UHGV virus genome: UHGV-0098755 | Strand: one strand, 5' to 3' | DNA length: 64,000 bases | Origin: a virus | Part shown: positions 1 through 9,811 of the stretch, one piece after another | Position numbering within the stretch: position 1 is the first letter of the stretch | How the letters are laid out: every line of letters starts with the position of its first letter | Notes under the pieces: model-generated | Told to the model about the DNA's origin: nothing | Databases searched by the model: none | The model's input: only the letters and a program-made list of their open reading frames with translations | Made by a program: the position numbers and the translations under genes

Positions 1-2775
1 GATGGCGCAATGGTATTACGTCGTTCACTTGCTATTGGCACAATTACCGCCGACGAAAATACTAACAACTACGGTTCTCCTACTCCAATGGGAGAAAGAT
101 ATATTGCTTTGGGCGATGCTGCCACTGGTTTAAAATACATTAAGCAGGGTGTTTATGATTTAGTAGGTAATTGGAATTCTGTTGCTTCTATTACTCCTGA
201 CAGTTTCCGTAGTACTCGTAAAGGTATATTTGGTCGTTCCGAGGACCAAGGCGCAACTTGGATAATGCCTGGAACCAACGCCGCGCTTTTATCGGTTCAA
301 ACACAAGCTGATAATAACAATGCTGGAGACGGACAAACCCATATCGGGTACAATTCTGGCGGTAAAATGAACCACTATTTCCGTGGTACAGGTCAGATGA
401 ATATCAATACCCAACAAGGTATGGAAATTAACCCGGGTATTTTGAAATTGGTAACTGGCTCTAATAATGTACAGTTTTATGCTGATGGCACTATTTCTTC
501 TATCCAACCTGTTAAATTAGATAACGAATTATTTTTAAATAATTCTAATAATACCGCAGGCCTTAAATTTGGCGCCCCTAGCAAAGTTGATGGCTCGAGA
601 ACTATCCAGTGGAACGCCGGGACCCGCCCGGGTCAGAACAAAAACTATGTGACCATGAAAGCATGGGGTAACGCATTCGACTCCACTGCCGGTAATCGTG
701 AAACCGTATTTGAATTGTATGACGGCCAGGGCTATCATTTTTGTTCTCAACGTTTAGCACCGACGGGTTCTGAAACTGTTGGTGCTCTTCAATTCAGAAT
801 TTCCGGCGCTTTACGTGTGGGTGGTGGTATTATATCGGCTGGTTCTATTGCTACTGAATCAAGTTTAGTTGCTAATAATGGATTGTCTGTAAACGGACAA
901 GCCAAATTTGGCGGAACAGCAAATGCATTGAGAATTTGGAACGCCGAATATGGCGCTATTTTCCGTCGTTCAGAAACAGCATTGCACATTATTCCTACTC
1001 TTAAAGACCAAGGAGAAAATGGCGAAATAGGTAATCTTCGTCCATTGAGCATCGCACTTCATAACGGTATGGTACAAATGCGCCATTCTGTCACGTTAGG
1101 CGATGATGGCAGAGGTGGCAATATGATTACCGTGGACAATGACAGCAAACTTGTCGTGGTAACTTCTAATGCCAGATTAAGCCCTAATTTCCGCATGCAA
1201 ATAGGTCAGTCATCTTATATTGATGCTGAATGTACTGATGCTGTTCGCCCGGCAGGCGCGGGTTCATTTGCTTCTCAGAATAATGAAAATGTCCGTGCGC
1301 CGTTCTATATGAATATTAATCGCACAGATACAAGTACTTACGTTCCTATTTTAAAACAACGCTATGTTCAAGGAAATAGCTGTTATTCTTTAGGTACTTT
1401 AATAAATGGCGGTAACTTCAGAGTTCATTATCATGAAGGTGGTGATAATGGTTCAACTGGTCCTTTAATTAAAGACTTTGGATGGGAATTTACTCGTTCC
1501 GGTGATTTTATATCTCCTAAGCGTGTTTCTGCTGGTGGTTCAGTTTATTTAGGTACGGATGGTAATATCACTGGCGGTTCATTACCTAACTTTGCTAACC
1601 TGAACACAACTTTAGAACGTAGAGTTAAGGTCGGAACTTGGTCCGGTAGTTCAACTGCAGGATGGTATAAATTTGCTACTGTAACTATGCCACAATCAGT
1701 TTCTACCGTCCAATTTAAGATTATAGGTGGTAATGGATATAATGCCAATTCACCAGAACAGGCTACAATTACTGAAGTAGTTCTTCGTACCAGTAATAAC
1801 AATCCTAAAGGTATTAACGCCACTTTATGGGGGCGCACGGGTAATGGATTTACTAATATAGCAACAATTAATACCTCCGGTGATGATTATGACGTTTATC
1901 TGTATGCTGGGACTTATGCAGACAAACTTATAGTTGAATATGACGCCACAGAAAATACCCGTTATATTTCGGTAATTGGACTTAATGGTGGATATCAAAC
2001 ACCAGTAACAGAATTACCCGCTGGTCATCTGCGCGGTCAAGTGTATATGATGTACTCTGATGCTCAGATACCTTATCCGGTCGGTGCTCCGATTCCGTGG
2101 CCGAGTGATTCAGTTCCTGCTGGATTTGCTTTGATGGAAGGTCAGACCTTTGATAAGTCCGCATATCCAAAGTTAGCTGTTGCATATCCTAGCGGTGTTA
2201 TTCCAGATATGCGCGGGCAAACTATCAAGGGTAAACCAAGTGGTCGTGCTGTTTTGAGCGCTGAGGCAGATGGTGTTAAGGCTCATAGCCATAGTGCATC
2301 GGCTTCAAGTACTGACTTAGGTACTAAAACCACATCAAGTTTCGACTATGGTACTAAGACGACAAGTAGTTTCGACTATGGTACTAAGACCAGTAATAAT
2401 ACTGGTGCTCATACGCATAGTTTGAGCGGTTCCACAAACACCGCCGGTGCGCACAGCCACACAAGCGCTCTTTATGCGGGAAGTAACAACTCTCCTGGTA
2501 CTGGTGCTATAAGAGGATCCGCCGGTTCTGGTAATACGCTTGGAACTTCTTCTTCTGGGGCACATTCGCACTCTATATCTGGTACTGCTGCAAGCGCAGG
2601 CGCTCACGCACATACTGTTGGTATTGGTGCTCATACCCATACAGTTGGTATTGGTGCTCACACCCATTCAGTAGCAATTGGTTCACATGGGCATACAATA
2701 ACTGTAAATAGTACAGGTAATACAGAAAACACGGTTAAAAACATTGCTTTTAACTATATCGTTCGTTTAGCATAA
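1..2775 (+). CDS. 37: Long tail fibre distal subunit gp37, C-terminal ~920 aa; 5' end lies outside window
   Basis: Frame open to window edge; Gly/Ser/Thr/Asn-rich fibre sequence; C-terminal His-x-His repeats (GAHTHT, GAHSHS); followed by gp38 and holin as in T4. Confidence 0.85.
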   Translation, partial: DGAMVLRRSLAIGTITADENTNNYGSPTPMGERYIALGDAATGLKYIKQGVYDLVGNWNSVASITPDSFRSTRKGIFGRSEDQGATWIMPGTNAALLSVQTQADNNNAGDGQTHIGYNSGGKMNHYFRGTGQMNINTQQGMEINPGILKLVTGSNNVQFYADGTISSIQPVKLDNELFLNNSNNTAGLKFGAPSKVDGSRTIQWNAGTRPGQNKNYVTMKAWGNAFDSTAGNRETVFELYDGQGYHFCSQRLAPTGSETVGALQFRISGALRVGGGIISAGSIATESSLVANNGLSVNGQAKFGGTANALRIWNAEYGAIFRRSETALHIIPTLKDQGENGEIGNLRPLSIALHNGMVQMRHSVTLGDDGRGGNMITVDNDSKLVVVTSNARLSPNFRMQIGQSSYIDAECTDAVRPAGAGSFASQNNENVRAPFYMNINRTDTSTYVPILKQRYVQGNSCYSLGTLINGGNFRVHYHEGGDNGSTGPLIKDFGWEFTRSGDFISPKRVSAGGSVYLGTDGNITGGSLPNFANLNTTLERRVKVGTWSGSSTAGWYKFATVTMPQSVSTVQFKIIGGNGYNANSPEQATITEVVLRTSNNNPKGINATLWGRTGNGFTNIATINTSGDDYDVYLYAGTYADKLIVEYDATENTRYISVIGLNGGYQTPVTELPAGHLRGQVYMMYSDAQIPYPVGAPIPWPSDSVPAGFALMEGQTFDKSAYPKLAVAYPSGVIPDMRGQTIKGKPSGRAVLSAEADGVKAHSHSASASSTDLGTKTTSSFDYGTKTTSSFDYGTKTSNNTGAHTHSLSGSTNTAGAHSHTSALYAGSNNSPGTGAIRGSAGSGNTLGTSSSGAHSHSISGTAASAGAHAHTVGIGAHTHTVGIGAHTHSVAIGSHGHTITVNSTGNTENTVKNIAFNYIVRLA
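2320..2391 (+). repeat. In-frame 30-bp tandem repeat (about 2.4 copies) encoding [10 protein letters not shown] inside gene 37
   Basis: Copies at 2320-2349 and 2350-2379 plus partial third; copies differ at synonymous sites including TCA vs AGT serine codons. Confidence 0.8.
2611..2691 (+). repeat. In-frame 27-bp tandem repeat x3 encoding H-T-V-G-I-G-A-H-T, His-box repeats of fibre tip
   Basis: catactgttggtattggtgctcatacc / catacagttggtattggtgctcacacc / diverged third copy. Confidence 0.8.
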
Positions 2776-2778
2776 GGA

Positions 2779-2797
2779 GAGGGGCTTCGGCCCCTTC
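2779..2797 (+). promoter_or_regulatory. C(UUCG)G tetraloop hairpin between gene 38 Shine-Dalgarno and AUG
   Basis: GGGGC-TTCG-GCCCC at 2781-2794; SD GGAG at 2776-2779; ATG at 2803, i.e. 23 nt spacing unless hairpin loops out. Confidence 0.6.
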
Positions 2798-2802
2798 TAA
2801 AT

Positions 2803-3354
2803 ATGAAAATATATCATTATTATTTTGACACTAAAGAATTTTACAAAGAAGAAAATTACAAACCGGTTAAAGGTCTTGGTCTTCCCGCTCATTCAACAAT
2901 TAAAAAACCTTTAGAACCTAAAGAAGGATACGCAGTTGTATTTGATGAACGTATTCAGGATTGGATTTATGAAGAAGACCATCGCGGTAAACGGGCTTGG
3001 ACTTTTAATAAAGAAGAAATCTTAATAACTGACATAGGAAGCCCGGTTGGTATAACTTTTGATGAACCCGGCGAATTTGATATATGGACTGATGATGGTT
3101 GGAAAGAAGACGAAACATATAAACGCGTTTTAATTCGTAATAGAAAAATTGAAGAATTATATAAAGAATTCCAAGTATTGAATAATATGATCGAAGCTTC
3201 AGTTGCAAATAAAAAGGAAAAATTCTATTATCAAAACCTTAAACGGTTCTTTGCTCTTTTAGAAAAGCATGAGCATCTAGGTGGTGAATTTCCTAAATGG
3301 CCTGAAAAAGAACGGAAGCCTTGGTATAAGCGTTTATTCAGGAATTACGTATAA
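2803..3354 (+). CDS. 38: Tail fibre assembly chaperone gp38 (T4-type, 183 aa)
   Basis: 183-aa ORF directly after gene 37; N-terminus MKIYHYYFDTKEFYKEENYKPVKG as I recall for T4 gp38. Confidence 0.85.
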   Translation: MKIYHYYFDTKEFYKEENYKPVKGLGLPAHSTIKKPLEPKEGYAVVFDERIQDWIYEEDHRGKRAWTFNKEEILITDIGSPVGITFDEPGEFDIWTDDGWKEDETYKRVLIRNRKIEELYKEFQVLNNMIEASVANKKEKFYYQNLKRFFALLEKHEHLGGEFPKWPEKERKPWYKRLFRNYV

Positions 3355-3357
3355 ATA
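3350..3357 (+). promoter_or_regulatory. Late promoter TATAAATA for holin gene
   Basis: Exact TATAAATA 19 nt upstream of ATG with AAGGAGG SD at 3363-3369. Confidence 0.6.
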
Positions 3358-3375
3358 TCCTTAAAAGGAGGGTCT

Positions 3376-4032
3376 ATGGCAGCACCTAGAATATCATTTT
3401 CGCCCTCTGATATTCTGTTTGGTGTTCTAGATCGCTTGTTCAAAGATAACGCTACCGGGAAAGTTCTTGCTTCCCGGGTAGCTGTCGTAATTCTTTTGTT
3501 TATAATGGCGATTGTTTGGTATAGGGGAGATAGTTTCTTTGAGTACTATAAGCAATCAAAGTATGAAACATACAGTGAAATTATTGAAAAGGAAAGAACT
3601 GCACGCTTTGAATCTGTCGCCCTGGAACAACTCCAGATAGTTCATATATCATCTGAGGCAGACTTTAGTGCGGTGTATTCTTTCCGCCCTAAAAACTTAA
3701 ACTATTTTGTTGATATTATAGCATACGAAGGAAGATTACCTTCAACAATAACTGAAAAATCACTTGGAGGATATCCTGTTGATAAAACTATGGATGAATA
3801 TACAGTTCATTTAAATGGACGTCACTATTATTCCAATTCAAAATTTGCTTTTTTACCAACTAAAAAGCCTACTCCCGAAATAAATTACATGTATAGTTGT
3901 CCATATTTCAATTTGGATAATATCTATGCTGGAACGATAACCATGTACTGGTATAGAAATGATCATATAAGTAATGACCGCCTTGAATCAATATGTGCTC
4001 AGGCGGCCAGAATATTAGGAAGGGCTAAATAA
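3376..4032 (+). CDS. t: Holin (218 aa)
   Basis: 218 aa, N-terminal TM segment, large periplasmic domain; length and sequence as T4 holin. Confidence 0.9.
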   Translation: MAAPRISFSPSDILFGVLDRLFKDNATGKVLASRVAVVILLFIMAIVWYRGDSFFEYYKQSKYETYSEIIEKERTARFESVALEQLQIVHISSEADFSAVYSFRPKNLNYFVDIIAYEGRLPSTITEKSLGGYPVDKTMDEYTVHLNGRHYYSNSKFAFLPTKKPTPEINYMYSCPYFNLDNIYAGTITMYWYRNDHISNDRLESICAQAARILGRAK

Positions 4033-4305
4033 TTATTTGTTCGTATACATCTCTAGATATCGATATACACTCTCAAAACCCTCGTTGAATTCGTCGATGA
4101 GGGTTTTCTTATCTTCTTGGGTTAATTCAGAAACAATTTTACGGAATGAATTCTGATTTAACTTTCTACCTTCATGTGTTACTCCAATCTCATTCAGAAA
4201 TGCAATAAAATTAGCACGATTCTCAACAATATCTTCTCTGGAAAATTTAATCAAAATAGATGCAATAGTAATAATTTCACGAACTGTATCAATGTTTTTA
4301 TTCAT
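4033..4305 (-). CDS. asiA: Anti-sigma-70 factor AsiA (90 aa)
   Basis: 90 aa MNKNIDTVREII...; convergent with t, stop codons abut. Confidence 0.9.
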   Translation of the reverse strand: MNKNIDTVREIITIASILIKFSREDIVENRANFIAFLNEIGVTHEGRKLNQNSFRKIVSELTQEDKKTLIDEFNEGFESVYRYLEMYTNK

Positions 4306-4317
4306 TAACTATACCAC

Positions 4318-4470
4318 TCAATTAGTTGACTTTGTTATAATATCATCAGACACTTGATTTGTAAACTGGTCTGTGTTATTTTCTTCAAAAATTTTTTCTA
4401 CGAATTCCTTGAACGATTCACGTTCCTGAGCTACATTATGCTCGATTACCTTTTCAAGATTATGACTCAT
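4318..4470 (-). CDS. Small ORF (50 aa), start overlaps arn stop (ATGA)
   Basis: Hand-translated: MSHNLEKVIEHNVAQERESFKEF...; below ORF-track size cutoff. Confidence 0.4.
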   Translation of the reverse strand: MSHNLEKVIEHNVAQERESFKEFVEKIFEENNTDQFTNQVSDDIITKSTN

Positions 4471-4745
4471 TCGAAATAATCTTCAATTTCGTAATCATGG
4501 ACATAAATCATTATAGTTTTTAATACATCATCAATACTTTTTCCTGGAGCTGGAATTACGTAAAAATATCCCGCCTTTGAGTTATCTTTATAAGTTCCAA
4601 CCAAGAAATCATTATTTTCAAGATGTAGTTCTTCAACTAATTCATCGACAATTGAGTGGTATAAATTTGGTAGAAACTTATATAGCTTTTCTAGAATATC
4701 AATTTTGATTGTATATTGAACCACAGATTGAGAATCAATAATCAT
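4467..4745 (-). CDS. arn: Anti-restriction nuclease Arn (McrBC inhibitor), 92 aa
   Basis: 92 aa acidic protein at T4 arn position next to asiA. Confidence 0.75.
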   Translation of the reverse strand: MIIDSQSVVQYTIKIDILEKLYKFLPNLYHSIVDELVEELHLENNDFLVGTYKDNSKAGYFYVIPAPGKSIDDVLKTIMIYVHDYEIEDYFE

Positions 4746-4828
4746 AGACCTTCCCCTTATGTTTCTGTTTGCGATTAGATTCTTTAAACGCTTTCTTCTT
4801 ATCTTTATGAACAGAAGCTTTATTAAAA

Positions 4829-5047
4829 TTATGTTTTGCGACTAAATTGTTCATAGTGCTGAATCACCTCTCTCAAACATTTGCATGTGAATGAAAACTT
4901 TTTAGCTACACCACATTCAAATATATGTTCTCTTAAATCACGTGTGTCAGTATATCCCATCTCAACAATAAAATGCCGTATTAGATTTTTATCTTTATCA
5001 TTGAGAGAGTTAAAATAATCGGATTTTGAATTAATTTCCCTGGCCAA
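4829..5047 (-). CDS. Hypothetical protein (72 aa), arn.x block
   Basis: ORF in syntenic arn-motA interval. Confidence 0.45.
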   Translation of the reverse strand: MAREINSKSDYFNSLNDKDKNLIRHFIVEMGYTDTRDLREHIFECGVAKKFSFTCKCLREVIQHYEQFSRKT

Positions 5048-5327
5048 ATTGAATCACCTTCAGTTGACGTTTTAGTTCTTTTATCATCTCTTCGTTCATC
5101 GCAATATAAAGATCGCGTAAAGCAGGTTTTAGCATTCCATTTATTGGGGAACTAAATGGACATACATAATCTTTTCCTACGAGCTTTTTAGCGAATTCCA
5201 TATTACAGAACTGAAATGCCGGTTCATTGGCATAAATTCCCCATTTGGTTGACATCATTTTATTGGCATATTCCAATGCTTGAATTTGATTAGTAATTCC
5301 ATCAATTTGAAACTTTTTAATATTCAT
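5031..5327 (-). CDS. Hypothetical protein (98 aa)
   Basis: ORF, overlapping start/stop with neighbours. Confidence 0.5.
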   Translation of the reverse strand: MNIKKFQIDGITNQIQALEYANKMMSTKWGIYANEPAFQFCNMEFAKKLVGKDYVCPFSSPINGMLKPALRDLYIAMNEEMIKELKRQLKVIQFGQGN

Positions 5328-5788
5328 TAGTAAAGGTCCTCAGAGTAAAGTTCTTTTTCACTACCGCCGCGTTCAATACGTACTTGTCCAGCGTAAGTTG
5401 CAATAATCATTGCTTCTTCACGTGTCCAATAATTACTATATTGGTCAATAAACCCTTGGTCATCATCACAAACTTGTTGAGTAACTAATTGGGGTTTAAC
5501 TACATCTAAAACTTCGGCCATATCTTTAGAATAATGACGAGCACCCGGAATAATAAGAGTTCGTCCATCTTTTAATTTAAAACGGTTGGCTGCACAAACA
5601 ATTCGTCGTTGATACTTTTGGTTTTCATCCCAGTATGCAGACTGCCAACAGATTTCAGGAACTTCTTTTAGAATATCTTCTTCTGTGCATTTATAACCAT
5701 GTGCTTTAAATTTTTCAACAAGACTTTCTGGAGTTTCACGAGATAAAGGAACATTCAGCATTTTTAAACGATTAATAAATGGATTCAT
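5327..5788 (-). CDS. Hypothetical protein (153 aa)
   Basis: ORF; stop overlaps next start. Confidence 0.5.
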   Translation of the reverse strand: MNPFINRLKMLNVPLSRETPESLVEKFKAHGYKCTEEDILKEVPEICWQSAYWDENQKYQRRIVCAANRFKLKDGRTLIIPGARHYSKDMAEVLDVVKPQLVTQQVCDDDQGFIDQYSNYWTREEAMIIATYAGQVRIERGGSEKELYSEDLY

Positions 5789-6114
5789 TTAAACCATCCT
5801 TTAATACGCTGCCACAAAGTTTTCTGTTGAGCTTTGTTAACACCAATTGAGCGAATAACTGGTTGAGATTCCTGGAATTCTTTATAATCAGCGAGGTAAA
5901 TTTCGTAAGCTGAATCCGTAAAGGAACTTATCGCTGCCATGAAATTGTTGCGAATACCTACTGGAGCATCTTTACTTTCACGAATAATCATGTATTTACC
6001 GGTCTTAATCTTTACGATAGTTCCAAGATAAGCTCCATGGTACCAGATATCCCACCCCTCTTGAGTGGGTTCTGCACAACGACGAAGTTCATTGATAATT
6101 TCTAACTTGTTCAT
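5785..6114 (-). CDS. Hypothetical protein (109 aa), motA.1 position
   Basis: ORF immediately upstream of motA. Confidence 0.5.
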   Translation of the reverse strand: MNKLEIINELRRCAEPTQEGWDIWYHGAYLGTIVKIKTGKYMIIRESKDAPVGIRNNFMAAISSFTDSAYEIYLADYKEFQESQPVIRSIGVNKAQQKTLWQRIKGWFK

Positions 6115-6124
6115 TATTTATTCC

Positions 6125-6760
6125 TCACAGTTCAGATGCTACAGTAATTACAGCTTCAATGTTTTCTGCCGAGCGTTTAATGTCAAGATACACATTACCG
6201 TTTTTAGCGATTTTACATGACATTCCGATATCAGTAAATTTCTGAATATGATGTTCCATCATTTTGTATCCAAAAATTCGCATATTTCCATTGTTGTTAA
6301 TTTCAAAATTACGAATTCCGTGAGTGCGTTTTTCTAAAATAGCGAGATAGTTACTGCGATAAGTTTCAACCTTTTTAAGAACAAATCCATTTTCATCTAA
6401 AAGTTTTAACATGAAGTCTTTATCTTCTTCCATATCAGAAGTAATCTCACGAGCTTTACGAGTTGCTCGTTTTTTCAGCAGTTCTGGAGCATTTTCCTGC
6501 GCGTATAAAGTTGCTGCGTTTGAAATAATATCTTGAGCTTCACCTGTAATGATTAATCCATCACCAGATTTCTCCACCAGGCCTTTTTTAATCAATACCC
6601 CAATATTACTATTAACTACTGCATTACCTAAATCTGGATGCACCTCACGAACTTCTGCGGCTGTAATGAAATCTTTCTTAGCAATAGTAATTAAAATCGC
6701 AGCAGTTTTTTCATTCAGAACATCGTTAGAAGCTTTGATGATGTAAGTTACTTTAGACAT
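6125..6760 (-). CDS. motA: Middle-promoter transcription activator MotA (211 aa)
   Basis: 211 aa; position between arn block and gene 52. Confidence 0.85.
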   Translation of the reverse strand: MSKVTYIIKASNDVLNEKTAAILITIAKKDFITAAEVREVHPDLGNAVVNSNIGVLIKKGLVEKSGDGLIITGEAQDIISNAATLYAQENAPELLKKRATRKAREITSDMEEDKDFMLKLLDENGFVLKKVETYRSNYLAILEKRTHGIRNFEINNNGNMRIFGYKMMEHHIQKFTDIGMSCKIAKNGNVYLDIKRSAENIEAVITVASEL

Positions 6761-6794
6761 TTTCTAATCTCCGTAATTCTGTATCAGTAGTTGA

Positions 6795-6850
6795 TAGTTG
6801 TATAGTACCATAGAATGCTTTGGTTGTAAACCGTTTTGTGAAAAAATTTT
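6795..6850 (-). promoter_or_regulatory. Early promoter (GTTTAC -35, extended -10) for motA
   Basis: - strand reads AAAAATTTTTT..GTTTAC..N17..TGGTACTATACA; member of conserved repeat family. Confidence 0.55.
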
Positions 6851-6854
6851 TGAA

Positions 6855-6882
6855 ATAAAAAAGGGAGAGCCGAGGCTCTCCC
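6855..6882 (-). terminator. Rho-independent terminator (9-bp stem GGGAGAGCC/GGCTCTCCC plus U-tract)
   Basis: Perfect inverted repeat at 6863-6882 followed on - strand by UUUUUUAUUU. Confidence 0.6.
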
Positions 6883-6887
6883 TAAAA

Positions 6888-7037
6888 TTACTGCATGAAT
6901 GTGATAACTATCATGATAACACGTTGAATTCCGAACGCAAGAAGACCTCCTGCTACGGCTGGAACAACGCCTAAACCCGCCAGTAAAATGCTACCAGATA
7001 CTAATGCAGCGCTTGTAATACCTATGAATGGACTCAT
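6888..7037 (-). CDS. Hydrophobic micro-protein (49 aa), start overlaps gene 52 stop
   Basis: Hand-translated MSPFIGITSAALVSGSILLAGLGVVPAVAGGLLAFGIQRVIMIVITFMQ. Confidence 0.45.
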   Translation of the reverse strand: MSPFIGITSAALVSGSILLAGLGVVPAVAGGLLAFGIQRVIMIVITFMQ

Positions 7038-8362
7038 TTGATTTCCTCTAAATCTTTGGTGTATTCAGTAACTACATCAGTAGTTTTCCAATATTCGTTT
7101 TCTTCTTTTTTAGCTTTAGCTTCTTCAGCAAGTTTCTTCGCTTCATCGGAAGTCATATGAAAAATATTCATTCCAACTAGTTTATCAACATAAGAAGAAT
7201 ACATATCGATTTTCGAAAGTTCTTCGGTCAGTTCTTTACGAGTTTTACCTTGTACAACAATTTCACCTGAAATTACTTTCTTAATGAAATGTGCCTTGGC
7301 AAAGGCTAAACGAAATGCTGATTCAGTTTCTTTGATTTTGTTATCAATTCGTTTTTGGACATAAGTTTTACGAACTTCAACAAAGTCTTTAATTAAATCA
7401 ACTACGTTATCGTAAACTTGCAGCTTTCCTTTTTCATTAATGACGGTAATATTCTGGGAACGACGCTCAATCAACCCGAAGTCTTTCATGATTTTTGCAT
7501 GGCGTTCTTCTTCGTTATCGCTCAAAGAGTATTCTTTGCGGAATTTAATTTTAAAGCCAAAACCATGCTCACCACAAGCATCATCCCACGTAATGAAGCC
7601 TTTATCTTCAAGCGGGTCTAAGATTTTACTCACATAAGTTTCACGATCATACTTATACGGAATCTCAGTGATGTGCATTTGAGTTCGTGAAGTAAACTTA
7701 TATGTTCCACGAATTTCATATTGTCCATCAATTTCAACGACTTCACCACGAAATTCTGGGAATTCTACCTTCGGTTTAGTTACTTTCTTTCCTTGAAGAG
7801 CTTGCAGTACAGCTTTCTTAACAGAAGAAACGCTATGAGGAAGAATGTAAGTTGCATAACCAGTTGCAATACCGGAAACGCCATTAAGAAGAACAGTAGG
7901 AATAACAGGCAAATAGAAAGCAGGCGGAATGTGTTCTTTATCTTGATGTACCGGAGCATATTCAGTATCTTTATATACGTTATAGAAATTTTTACTTACA
8001 CGAGCAAAAATATAACGACTTGCTGCTGCTTTTTGAACGGTACGAGAACCAAAGTTTCCTTGACCATCTAATAGAGGAAAGTTATTATTCCAAGTATTAG
8101 CCATCAAAGCACCTGCGTCTTGCGCAGAGTTTTCACCATGATGATATCCAAGGTCCGCTACACCACCTGCAATAGAAGCGAGTTTGTGAAACTTATCTTT
8201 ATTTCCTCGTGCCAAATCAAGAGCTCGAGCAATAACAAATCGTTGAACTGGCTTAAATCCATCAATCATATTTGGAATGGCACGATTTTCAACCGTGTAC
8301 ATAGCATAAGCCAATGCTTCATTATCAATGATACTTTTTAAATCGCGATTATTCAGTTGCAT
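7034..8362 (-). CDS. 52: DNA topoisomerase II medium subunit gp52 (442 aa)
   Basis: 442 aa GyrA-like cleavage subunit; synteny. Confidence 0.9.
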   Translation of the reverse strand: MQLNNRDLKSIIDNEALAYAMYTVENRAIPNMIDGFKPVQRFVIARALDLARGNKDKFHKLASIAGGVADLGYHHGENSAQDAGALMANTWNNNFPLLDGQGNFGSRTVQKAAASRYIFARVSKNFYNVYKDTEYAPVHQDKEHIPPAFYLPVIPTVLLNGVSGIATGYATYILPHSVSSVKKAVLQALQGKKVTKPKVEFPEFRGEVVEIDGQYEIRGTYKFTSRTQMHITEIPYKYDRETYVSKILDPLEDKGFITWDDACGEHGFGFKIKFRKEYSLSDNEEERHAKIMKDFGLIERRSQNITVINEKGKLQVYDNVVDLIKDFVEVRKTYVQKRIDNKIKETESAFRLAFAKAHFIKKVISGEIVVQGKTRKELTEELSKIDMYSSYVDKLVGMNIFHMTSDEAKKLAEEAKAKKEENEYWKTTDVVTEYTKDLEEIK

Positions 8363-8366
8363 AAAT

Positions 8367-8507
8367 TTACCATACTAGTGAATGTAGTGCCATAATAACA
8401 TCAGAAATGAAAAGCACGACTTGAATTAATCCGAACATTACTCCATAATATAGTGCTACCAATAAAGCAGCAAGGGCTACTGAGTAGCCCAAGATTTTCT
8501 TAATCAT
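8367..8507 (-). CDS. Membrane micro-protein (46 aa), 52.1 position
   Basis: Hand-translated MIKKILGYSVALAALLVALYYGVMFGL... Confidence 0.4.
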   Translation of the reverse strand: MIKKILGYSVALAALLVALYYGVMFGLIQVVLFISDVIMALHSLVW

Positions 8508-8655
8508 TAGATAACAACGCAAATGTTAAATATGCACACATACCCTGAGCTAAAGCTTGCGAAAACACGCTGCTGACATCAATACAGATAGTTAAAACAC
8601 ATGCTACTATCCAACAAATAAATGAAATAACTCCTAATAATTTTGCGATATTCAT
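8500..8655 (-). CDS. ac: Ac-like membrane protein (51 aa)
   Basis: 51-codon hydrophobic ORF with GAGG SD, between stp and 52 as in T4. Confidence 0.5.
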   Translation of the reverse strand: MNIAKLLGVISFICWIVACVLTICIDVSSVFSQALAQGMCAYLTFALLSND

Positions 8656-8662
8656 ATTTTCC

Positions 8663-8743
8663 TCACTGGCGTCCGAAGACGCCTTTAGTTTTAAGATTAT
8701 TACGATAGAACTGCATCACGTGTTCGTTATGGAAATTACTCAT
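8663..8743 (-). CDS. stp: Stp peptide (26 aa), activator of the PrrC anticodon nuclease
   Basis: Hand-translated [26 protein letters not shown]; start overlaps ndd stop (UAAUG). Confidence 0.75.
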
Positions 8744-9201
8744 TAATATGCCTGCAAAACAAATTTAAAGTTATCAGCCAACATACGGTTCATTTCTTCA
8801 AGTGTTTGATACTCAGAATGATGATTACGAGTAAACGCCAAAGCTAACTGACCTTTACCAAATCCCGTCGTCAGAGGTTTCATCTTAGAAGCAGGCAGAT
8901 AAAACACTGTGTATGGAACATTGTTATTTGCAATAGTACGCGCAAGTTGAGACCGGCGTTGACGAATATGACTTAAAACCGCACTGAATCCTTGCTTAGA
9001 ACGCTGATTACCTACATAAAATCGCGCAGATACACACGGACTATCAAATGGACGACCATCTAATTTACTTACTAAAAAGTAAAATCCAGGTTTAGATAAA
9101 ATATCTTTATGTGGAACTCCCAAAAACCATTCACCGTTCTTGATTGTACCAATAACGGTAGCGCCTGCATTGTTCAGATCAGTAACAGTCATATATTTCA
9201 T
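8743..9201 (-). CDS. ndd: Nucleoid disruption protein Ndd (about 152 aa from Met17 of the 168-aa ORF)
   Basis: [18 protein letters not shown]...; ORF track extends to 9249. Confidence 0.8.
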
Positions 9202-9261
9202 ATTAATTTCCTCTAAATTATTTTCTACTCCAAGGCCGCATGAATACACACGGCCATTAAA

Positions 9262-9477
9262 TTAATCATCGCAGTCGACGCTTAATTCCCAGAACTCTTC
9301 TACAGTATAAGTTTCAGTATCATTTTCAATACAGAAACGTTCATTACTATTATTTGCTAAAGTAGCATTAACTGTCGGTTTCTCGCTAGTGCTCTTAAGA
9401 GGTGAAATACGAATTAACTGATCACCGTTATCTAAACAAAAAATTTCACCAACTTTTACATCTTTAAAACTTTTCAT
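9262..9477 (-). CDS. Hypothetical protein (71 aa), ndd.x
   Basis: ORF. Confidence 0.5.
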   Translation of the reverse strand: MKSFKDVKVGEIFCLDNGDQLIRISPLKSTSEKPTVNATLANNSNERFCIENDTETYTVEEFWELSVDCDD

Positions 9478-9592
9478 AATTCACCTCAGGGAGTATAAAA
9501 TCCAAATGCAGTTGTTGACCATCCCATCCAATATGGAAAATTTGCGCCAATGTAAAACATAAGAATATAAAACCAAATGTTTAGTAAATTCA

Positions 9593-9811
9593 TCATTTTA
9601 CACCATTCCAAATTGTTTCAACTACGGATTTTAAACCATTTTGATGAATATCAATTCCGACTACTGTCATCAAATAGATTCCAACCACAACTGAACCCAA
9701 GGCAAAAATCAGCATGAAAATGAATAAAGCTGGAAAAATATTATCGAAAAACCATTCCATAAATGTAAAAGCACTGCGTTTACGCTTCATATTTTCCTCA
9801 CATAAATCCAA
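9593..9811 (-). CDS. Small membrane protein (72 aa)
   Basis: Two hydrophobic segments. Confidence 0.45.
   Translation of the reverse strand: MDLCEENMKRKRSAFTFMEWFFDNIFPALFIFMLIFALGSVVVGIYLMTVVGIDIHQNGLKSVVETIWNGVK

Noticed and set aside
6549-8341. + strand ORFs inside motA and gene 52 (6549-6746, 7418-7621, 7440-7637, 7721-8071, 8120-8341)
   Set aside because: They lie antisense to long, well-supported - strand genes, have no SD or promoter, and have low-complexity composition typical of shadow ORFs in AT-rich DNA.
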